Assembly: GCF_018977255.1 (NCBI RefSeq)
Contig: NW_024704743.1
Span: 53,384,001 to 53,448,000 of the forward strand
Length of the DNA: 64,000 nucleotides
Reading direction: 5' to 3'
DNA from: Callorhinchus milii
Lineage: Eukaryota
Part shown: positions 54,606 through 64,000 of the stretch, in pieces
Layout of the letters: the number at the start of each line of letters is the position of its first letter
How positions within the stretch are numbered: the stretch's first letter is position 1
Program-made: the position numbers and the translations under genes
The notes under the pieces: generated by a model
Databases searched by the model: none
The model's input: only the letters and a program-made list of their open reading frames with translations
Told to the model about the DNA's origin: nothing

Positions 54606-55344
54606 TGAGACATAAAATCTATGACTGCCAAGTGATACCAGTGACTGTTGTTGGAAATAATTACAGAATGTTTTCACCAGTTCAATACTTAATTTGATAT
54701 GTAAACTGATTTTATGGAGTTGCTTTTAACCAATTTCTAAACCATTTTGCAGCCTCTTAAGTGTTTTATGATTTCACCAAATGCATTATGAATTTAATGC
54801 ATTTTAATTAACTGTTGCTGGGGTTGTGCTGCCCTCTGGTGCCTTGGCCAAATTGGTAAGTTGTCATATGCGAGTCCAGATAGTGAATGTTCCCATTCTT
54901 GGAGAGACAAACTTGAGAAACAGTTCTGATCCAACATCCACATTTCCCTGAAGGCAATGTGGGATCCTTGGCCCATCATAATACACCAGCTAATTCAGCA
55001 CAGGACAAAATTTGAAGCTGTAACTTTCTATTTGTGATGGGTGGTGCCTTTACCCACTAGATCACAGGATTAGCCCAAAGGTTTTATTTGTTCTAGACTT
55101 CTCAGTCTTTTCATATTTTTAAGTTCTGACTGTAAATATTAGGTTCTTGTAAAATTGCCCCTAATACACTGTGCAAGACAGTCTACTGTGTTTGCCAGCT
55201 TATTGTAGAGACAAATTCAAATCTGTTGCAAAAATTTTCAGAAACTTCATTCAGAATGAGTCAGCTTTTTTTGCTCAGTAATTAACTTGATCAAACAATG
55301 TTTCTTGCTAGTTTAATGATGGTGACATTTTGCTTTATCGTGTT

Positions 55345-55683
55345 TGCACCTCTTCACACACTTCGTACATTGTTTGAAGTATAGTCACTTAAAGCTACTA
55401 ACAACACAGCCAATCTGCATCAGCATTGAGATAAATGACTTTTTTGGGGAATGGTGAATTTGTGGTGAGGCAGGAACATTGGTGGGAGGCGGAGGATCAC
55501 TTCTCTTTGAAATCGTGACATTAAATCTTCAATATTCACCTGAGGCACTAGAACAGGCAGACTGGACCTTTAATTGAACTTGTCATCTAAAGAATACTTC
55601 CAACAATGCAACAGCCATTCAGTATCTCAAGTATAGGACTCAACCCCATAAATGTTTGATCAAAAGGCTGCTGACTGAGCCAA
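55345..55683 (-). mobile_element. Deu-SINE remnant
   Basis: cacctgag..aacaggcagac; ctgactgagcc head. Confidence 0.5.
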
Positions 55684-56563
55684 AGTATTGCTTGACCTAT
55701 ATATAATAGCTTCACAGCTGAAAAAAATGCAAGCTAATCCTGAATTTGAGCTTTGATTGTGTCCCTTATTGTTTGTACAACTAGAAAGTAGTTAGTGGCT
55801 TTCTGAAGGTTAAGTGAATTTTGATGTTAATTTGACCCATTCTTGAGCATTTGTCCTACGTGTAGATCTAGATCGAGTATGATAGTATGATGGACAGCTA
55901 TGTGCCACTGGGATCCTGTGTATGAAAAGAAATGGAACAAAGTGTTAGCTCAGCTAAATATGAAATTTTTGAATTCCATGGCCTATATATTATTTGATAT
56001 CTTTAGTTGGGAAAAGGAATCTAAGAGAATAAATGGTTTCTAGAATATAAACTGGTTCATTTCATGATTGCAACGAAGGTGTAGCCATTCTTACTCCTTT
56101 TATGGCCATCATACTTTTGTTTAAGCCTGAATTCCACAATATGTGCTAATGTCACAAAGCTTTTTATATGTTTTGGGAGCATTGCCATTTTCCCTCCTAT
56201 CTACAATGAAAAGGAATGCTGTGCTAGCTCACACTAAACTAGTAGCCAGTTTGAGAATTGGTGGAATATTGCAATTGGTATTTTAATCCTAATTGAGGTT
56301 GCTATTCATACTTGTGATCCTCTGAATGTATTGTTGGACTATTCGATCAATCAAGCCTCCCTCCCACAGTAGCTTTCAGCTGAAGAACGCGCCCTCTGTA
56401 GACATATTCGGAGGTTGCACAAGAGTTTGTGTTGGTCTTTTTGGCTAGTGGACATGAGAATCTCTTAAGAGTATTGTAAATAAGGAAACAGAGCCAAATA
56501 TATATATTATACATATGTAAATCAATATATACTCTGGATTTTACATCATAACTTAAGTTCTAA

Positions 56564-57105
<542 letters not shown>

Positions 57106-57361
57106 TATACTAGATTCCTTCCAAATTCACTTTCTGCACCTATTAACCCAGACGTTGGCCATTTTAGGGCAGAAAGCCAGCTGACACAAGAAGCAAGCCA
57201 GCCAGTTCTACATGTGGGGGTCCACAGGAGTACAAAGGTATAGGCAAATTTGCGCTACAATAAAGCGTGTTTATTATTGGACAGCATTGTTACAGCAATT
57301 TGAATTGCAAATTGTACATTAAGGTTGTGTTACAGGTAGCTTGGAAATCTCAACAGCCTGA

Positions 57362-57661
<300 letters not shown>

Positions 57662-57835
57662 TGAATTTGGGCTTTTTTTTGGATCAATGGGGGAGGATGG
57701 AAGATAATGTAAAATAAAATATATATAAAATAGTTGTCAGTTTCTGAGATGCATGTCAGTAAGTTGTCAGTCAAACCCAAATAGGCTGAGGTACTTGGCT
57801 CTTGACTGTTCTAGCTTTCAGCTCATGAATCCTAA

Positions 57836-58015
<180 letters not shown>

Positions 58016-58384
58016 TAATTAAAACACGTCATCTTTTGAGCAGGGATATCATTTTCTGTTTATACCAAGTGAGAAACTGGTCAAATTGTAATAGGCTGTT
58101 GCTGGGTTCTGAATCATTTATAATATCTGTCTGAAAATGAAAGGCAGGTGCAACAGCAGCCTTTGTGACTTACATAGCAGTTTAGTCTTTGAGGTCCTCC
58201 TTGCTGAGGCAGTCTTCCATTGTATTTAAGAATCAGAATCTAGTAATCCAGAATAATTTCTACCCTCAACAATTCCAACTCTTGCTACTGCTGATTGAAA
58301 CAATAATTGCAACCACAAATTGTGCAAAATAACATCCAACTCGAAATAGAAAAACGCCATACAAATGTAAAGACAAAGATGTAA

Positions 58385-59093
58385 TGCAAGAATAATATTT
58401 CATTGCATTTGATACAAGCCTTTCACATCGAGAGGGTGTCTTAAAGATCCTCACATGATTTACTGTAGAATGTAGTGTATTTTGTAGGCGAACGCCAAAG
58501 CTAATTTGTGCCCAAAGTCCCACAAACGGCCATTGATCAATTTCATTTTGAGGAATTGTTGGTCAGGGCACTGAGAAGAAGTCCCTTGTCTTTTTGATTA
58601 GTACCACGGGATCTTTTACGTTCACTTGAATAGGTAGTTTAACGTCTCATCTCCAACAATGTTGTGCTTTCCCAGTACTGTCCTGGAATACCAGCCTACA
58701 CTAAGTGAGCTCAAAAAGTAACACTGGGACTTGAACCCATAATCTTTTGATTCCTGTAGAGTCGGATTGTGGAATCCTGTAGCTCAGTGGTTAGGGCACT
58801 CGCCTTGCAAGCGAGAGACCTGGATTCTTTTCCCGGCAGTGCAAAGCCTTGGGCAAATCTCTCAAGAAAAGAAAAGCCAATAATAAATTGGTACTTTCAA
58901 TCCACGCTGTTGTGGGACACTGCTGTGCCAATTGGCTGCCGCGTTTCACCCACAAATATACAGTCAATTCACTTTACAGTATATTTTGTGAAGCGCTTTA
59001 AGACATCTAGAAGACCTGAAAAGCGCTAAATCAAATGGAACGATTTTTTAAATTTATTCTGAGGCGAGAGAGAGACCAACTGAGCCAGGCTGA
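58385..59093 (-). mobile_element. Older Deu-SINE split by a younger SINE
   Basis: Body at 58385-58755; head resumes at ~59058 (tgaggcgagag..accaactgagccaggctga). Confidence 0.7.
58769..59045 (+). mobile_element. Same SINE family, nested in an older Deu-SINE
   Basis: Head tagctcagtggttagggcact; Deu body; L2-like tail. Confidence 0.85.
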
Positions 59094-59220
59094 ATTACTG
59101 CTGTAGTTAGAAGATAAAATGTTATATTTCCTTAAATTTCCTTGTTTTGTATCCAGTGAAGGAGGATTTAATGTTAACTGAGTAACTGATGACTAATTTT
59201 TTCATCCCTTTTACAAATAG

Positions 59221-59319
59221 CTTGCTCAACGAAAAATTCAAGAAATTTTGGCCCAGGTAAAAAGACAGCAGCAACAGAAGACGGCGCAGAGTGGACAACC
59301 CCAGTCCCGAAGAAAATAA
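59221..59319 (+). CDS. IGF2BP3: IGF2BP3 exon 15 coding part, LAQRKIQEILAQVKRQQQQKTAQSGQPQSRRK*
   Basis: Acceptor ttacaaatag; TAA at 59317-59319; C-terminus ..QSG.PQSRRK matches IGF2BP3. Confidence 0.95.
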   Translation, partial: LAQRKIQEILAQVKRQQQQKTAQSGQPQSRRK

Positions 59320-59893
59320 AAAGGTTCAGGATTTCAAACCAACCACCGAGACAGATGCCAGACCAAAGAGAGAGATGGACTGTGTAGTCGTAGATGAGGA
59401 TTTAAACCCATCACTGATAAAGAAGCATATGTTCCACCTTCCCCAGTCATCTTTGTCGAGGACCAGGCAACAATTGAACTCTGTCTCTGTGAGAATGTGT
59501 CCTTTAGGCGCTCAAAAAAGAAACCTTGTGAAACCCAGCTTTAAATAAGACCCTTTCACTTCCCTTCTTTTGTTCTAATTTCAAAACTTTAAACTGCCTT
59601 GTTAGCTTTCCCAAAGCTCTTAGATCTGTTGGGTTTAATGAAGCTTTCTCTTCTGATTTCACTGGTTACAAAAAGGCATTGCTCTTATAGTTCCAGTCAT
59701 TATAAAATCTTGAGGTTTTTTGGGGGAGGGGGTAAGGGGGTGGCTAGTTTGTAGGCATCTGTCCCACCACAAAAAATGGCTTTTTAAATTTGGTTATTTT
59801 ACAAAGATTACTGAAACACTGCCGTGAGAACCTAAGGGAAGTGTTGAATGGTGTTGGCCAGGGCATGAATTGATTATTATGCATTTTACTAAA

Positions 59894-61135
59894 CTACCTC
59901 AGGCATTTAGTACCTCAATTGTTCCTTTTTTTTGCTTATTTTGTATACTTTATAAAAGTAATAGTCTTGAGCATTTTATTTTTTTAATAAAAAAAGTAAA
60001 ATTTGATCAGCTACAAGCCAGGAGCACTACAGAGAAAAATACAGATGTAGATGTCTTGCTTCTAGCTGCTGGCTGATGGGAGTACTCGATAATCAGAATC
60101 GCCTCAGATTTCCTGAGGTTCACAACACCATCTTTTGATCAAAATTCTGTGAATGTTTGAAAGACGCCGAATGATGCCAACATATACTGATAGCAGCAAT
60201 GCCATTTTTTTTCTTTTTTTAAGATGGGATGAAAGTGTTTAATTCCTATTTTTGATTGATGGTACTTTTTGGGAACAAAACAAGGAAGTGATGGCAAGAG
60301 GCTTGGGTTGAAAAAAAAAGTGGCTGCAAACTGGATTGGCTTTTAGTGTTACTGAGTAATTTTTTAATGCATGGACCCTTGGTGCCTTTGGCCATCACAG
60401 CCTCTTGATACATAATGACGCAGTCCATTTGGACTTGGCCATTTTGTTCAAAGAGCAAGCTTCATCTTCAGTTATTGGTAGAGCGATTTAATCCATTAGA
60501 GAATACTCTGGCACACTTTGCCGGAGCACACTCTGGGTTGAACTTACTGAACCACCCATTTCAGTCACCATGGGCAGAAAAACGGTCAAACACTGTTTGA
60601 TCACACTAAAGTTATTGAAACTAAATAAGAGTTTACATATGCAGCTGCTATAGTGGGCCACGCTAAGCCACTGAGGGGGCTGCAAGCTCCATTTCTCTGC
60701 TCCTTCTCTCGGCTTAACCAGAATGCAGCAGGCTTTATGCACATTCTACACCAGTATAGCAATACATTTCAATGCCAAAAGGCCAAATTGACAGCCAATA
60801 TCTCCTCCTTCTCCCTCTCTCCCCCCCTCCCAGAATGTAGTCTAACAGAATGATAGAATAAGCTAAAATAATATGTGGTAAAGTTGAAATGCTCCGATCA
60901 ATTTCTTCAGTGAACCCAAATTCCATCTACCTCAGTGCTTAAACTAAGGCAGTGCATATTTGGTGCATAAACACTGCTGTATGTGGTCTGAGCAGAACCA
61001 TACTATTACCTCTGAACCTTTGTGATTTGTTTTTATTTTTTTGTGCATGAGATGATCAGAATCATCATGCTGCACTGAATTGGAGGGGCACAACTTGGCA
61101 TAACCATTTACTTCATCAATTTTTTGATCTACCTC
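59894..61135 (+). promoter_or_regulatory. Cluster of let-7 seed sites in the IGF2BP3 3'UTR
   Basis: CTACCTCA 59894-59901 and 60927-60934 (8mers); TACCTCA 59911-59917; TACCTC 61007-61012; CTACCTC 61129-61135. IGF2BPs are established let-7 targets. Confidence 0.8.
59986..59991 (+). terminator. Candidate proximal poly(A) signal
   Basis: AATAAA preceded by a U-rich tract and TGTA. Confidence 0.4.
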
Positions 61136-61774
61136 TTAGATACATTTGAATTAGAGGCATTTCTGCATAGGATAGGTTAATTTTCCCAAAGATCATTTTT
61201 GTACAGATTTGGACAATTTAAAAATGGTCTGAAGTATTTTTTGCCTGCATATTATTCATTACTAATTAAAAATTCTCAAAAGCTTATGTTGTAGCTTTAG
61301 CAAAATTAATTCTCATTTTTTTTGGCAGTGACTTTTCCATGTAGTCTTAGAAATTGTTTTTACATTGATAAAATTACTGAACTACAGAAGGTCATTTAAT
61401 AATAGCTTAAAAGAGTTGATGTGAGGCTGGAAAGTCATAAGCCCACTTGTATTTTCTTTATTGCAAGTAACCTTTGATAAGGAATTGATTTACCATGGAT
61501 TTTGATTTCACCATATAATGCTGCATTTGCATTGGCATATCTGCTGTTGTATCATTTAAATTTCTGGACTGTATAGAGATTGTTGCTAGGATAGAACCTG
61601 TTTTAATTTTTCATTTTTTCAAATGAGACTGGTGTATTTGGAATAACTGGCATTAGTTGAAGGTAGTACTGTAAATGGAAGTGTGATACCAGCAAACATT
61701 ACATGGCTCACTTTTTCTTTCATCTGAATACTGTGCCCCCAATGCAGCCCCACTTGTCAAATGCCTCTGTATGA

Positions 61775-61780
61775 AATAAA
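61775..61780 (+). terminator. Candidate distal poly(A) signal of IGF2BP3
   Basis: AATAAA with TGTA just upstream and a GT/T-rich element (ttgtttatgattggtgtcttt) ~20 nt downstream. Confidence 0.65.
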
Positions 61781-63210
61781 GAATTTAGCTCCTATATGAT
61801 TTGTTTATGATTGGTGTCTTTGAAGTGTTCTAGTGGAATGTACCACATAGACCCAACAAATGTTTGTTGCACAGGGCATTACAACATCTAATTTGTACAT
61901 AAATTGCTTGTATAACACACATCATTCATTTCATAATAGGAGAAAGATGGAGTTACAATATTTGACAGTTGGGATCTAATTTTTAGTATTTCTGAATGGA
62001 ATTCCTTATGAAGAATTCCTGTCATTCCACTCTGTAGGTAGATTGTATCTGAGTAGCATTCCTGTGGTGAGCATCTTACAAAAGGAAACTTGCATTTGCA
62101 CAAATCCAGTTCTTTATTAAGGAAAACAATTAAGAAACTAAAACTCCAATGACAAGTATCCAATATATTAGACCCTGCAATTTATTATTTTGAATAGATA
62201 AGATCTAATTTGTGGTCTCCTACTCATCCTATAAGACTTTTAAGTTTATTTCTTCCTTTCCCCCACCAGCTGCGATCATTTACAGGCTGTTATCCATCTT
62301 ACCTTGAGGACCTTTGACCCACCTCGCATGATTGGATAGAATTAAAGCAATGTCACTCCTCTGAGTTTTCCAGCTTCTAAAAGGAATTTGCTTTAAAAAC
62401 AGCTTGGAATGGATATCTTTAAGAAAATGTAAAAAAAAACTAGCTGATGTGCATAAGTAAATGGGAGCATTTTGGGTTCAGTTACAGATGAACTTCAGTC
62501 TCTTGAGATCTTACTCGATTTAAGATTAAGTTTATGCAGTCTGGATTGATTTTTAAAACCAGCACTGTTTGTTCAATAGATTCTATTTCATAGTCATAAG
62601 AGGTGTTATGAAGGATTAGAATTGCCCTTTTCACTTCTGGAATAAGAGTTTAAATAGATTTGGGATGTAAATTTCAGTGACCTTTTGCTACAAAAGGCCT
62701 TTTAATTATCAGTTGTCACTCAACCAAATTTAATGAATCATGTAGGAAATGCAATTCCTAGTACAATGGGGTGGGAGTCCAGCCTGAGTTGGTAGTGGTT
62801 AATGGTGCATCATTCATCATCAGCATAAACTCAATGAGTATTCAAGAACTTATTGGAGGGTAAGACAAGCCTAGATGTATAAACTCCCCTCTGGGAGCTT
62901 AGTGAAAAGGTAAATAATCCACCCTTTATACACTATCTACTAGACTCTGATGCTTAAACACTTAACACATTTCCTTCCAAAGTAGTTTGTGTTTTAATAT
63001 GTGGTTCAGAATAGTTTTTCTTTTTGACAGTTTGGTGTATTTATTTCAACATTTTGCACATTTTAGATCAAAACATTCAGTGGCAGAGTCATCTCCCCAA
63101 TCAAGAGTCTCACAAGCACTGTCGTTCATTTCTTTGTCCGATTATAAAATCAAACACCTTGAGCAAAACCAAACGAGTCAAGCTGTTGGCTTTGTCGAGC
63201 AATTTTATTT

Positions 63211-63443
63211 TCAAAACAAGGTCCTGCTGTTGCTGTCAGCTTCACGTGTGGATTCTCCCAAAACTGCCCTGGGAAGCGATTGTTCCTTTTGGCCCACATC
63301 TGTTGGTTCGTATATAAAATCAGACGGAAACATTTCTTGGGGTATCTTCGCCAACTGATCATCATGTGAACGCAAAGTCCAGAGTTTCTCCAGTTCATAG
63401 ACTTCCCGGGTTTCAGGCAACATGAAATGTATCACAATATTAC
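63211..63443 (-). CDS. MALSU1: MALSU1 (mitochondrial assembly of ribosomal large subunit 1, RsfS/Iojap family) last coding exon
   Basis: (G)[43 protein letters not shown] matches the MALSU1 C-terminal motif; - strand acceptor gcttttttgaaag, phase 1; TGA at 63213-63211; MALSU1 is the tail-to-tail neighbour of IGF2BP3 in human. Confidence 0.93.
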
Positions 63444-64000
63444 CTTTCAAAAAAGCACATAGAAAACATGACATTGTATTACTTAAACACTTACTAACGC
63501 TTGATTAATGGTAATGGAATATCAGAACCAAGTCAATCCTCTGAGCCAGGGCCCTGCTGAAGTCATACTCAAAACTGTTCAGTGCTCTAAGAATTATTGA
63601 ACACATTGAAACCTGAGTTAAGCAGCAAAGCATGGTACAGTATTGATATTGTTAGGATGAGTGGCAGACCAGTGATTGGGGGCAGGGATTCTTCCCATTC
63701 AGCTCTAGTTGTTGTGCAAACCAAAGCCCTAACAGGTGGGATGGTCATAGCTGGACAAGTTGTGGGAAAGCCTATGCAGTTTTAGCTGGCTAGACTTCTG
63801 CAGTTCTCCAATGCATATTCTGGGGTCCCCAAGCCTTGGCTCTTGCCTAATACATTCTGGAATTAGAAAAGCAGGGTGTGTCCCTCCAGAGAGAGAGAGA
63901 GCGCACATTCCATGTGTAGGTGGGATGCATGATACTCTGTCTAGTTTGGATACTCTTGAAGCATGGCGATGGGTTTCACATATGTCAGACTCCCGGCTGA

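Larger units (their letters stand above)
59320..61800 (+). other. IGF2BP3: IGF2BP3 3'UTR (long form)
   Basis: No recognisable interspersed repeats between the stop and AATAAA at 61775; several miRNA seed matches; exact 3' end inferred. Confidence 0.65.

Noticed and set aside
59315..59320. AATAAA overlapping the stop codon
   Set aside because: Arises from AAA-TAA-A coding context; no GU-rich downstream element, and conserved-looking UTR follows.
59291..59548. 85-aa ORF overlapping the IGF2BP3 stop
   Set aside because: Starts at GTG in another frame; no homology cues; ordinary 3'UTR.

Overview
Vertebrate genomic DNA; the repeat content suggests a cartilaginous fish (shark or chimaera), which is an inference. 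The window starts inside the large intron 2 of an IGF2BP-family gene on the + strand. It contains coding exons 3-15 (14335-59319, all GT-AG, frame-consistent; RRM2 plus KH1-KH4) and a ~2.5 kb 3'UTR with clustered let-7 sites. Protein sequence and the convergent neighbour identify it as IGF2BP3. That neighbour is the last coding exon of MALSU1 on the - strand (63211-63443). Introns are filled with L2 LINE copies (one young 2.5 kb copy), their partner tRNA/Deu-domain SINEs, CR1 remnants, pogo/Tigger-like MITEs and an unclassified old repeat. Main leads: (1) a CpG-retaining, CTCF-bearing, splice-donor-containing core inside a DNA-transposon relic in intron 3, possibly an internal promoter for an RRM-less KH1-4 isoform; (2) a 200-bp palindrome whose arms are two complementary-damaged hammerhead-ribozyme cores (Penelope-like); (3) inverted SINE pairs flanking exons 4-5 and 11-14; (4) a pre-miRNA-sized hairpin; (5) a CPE-overlapped proximal poly(A) signal that would remove several let-7 sites. 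Repeat boundaries are approximate; exon boundaries were counted base by base.
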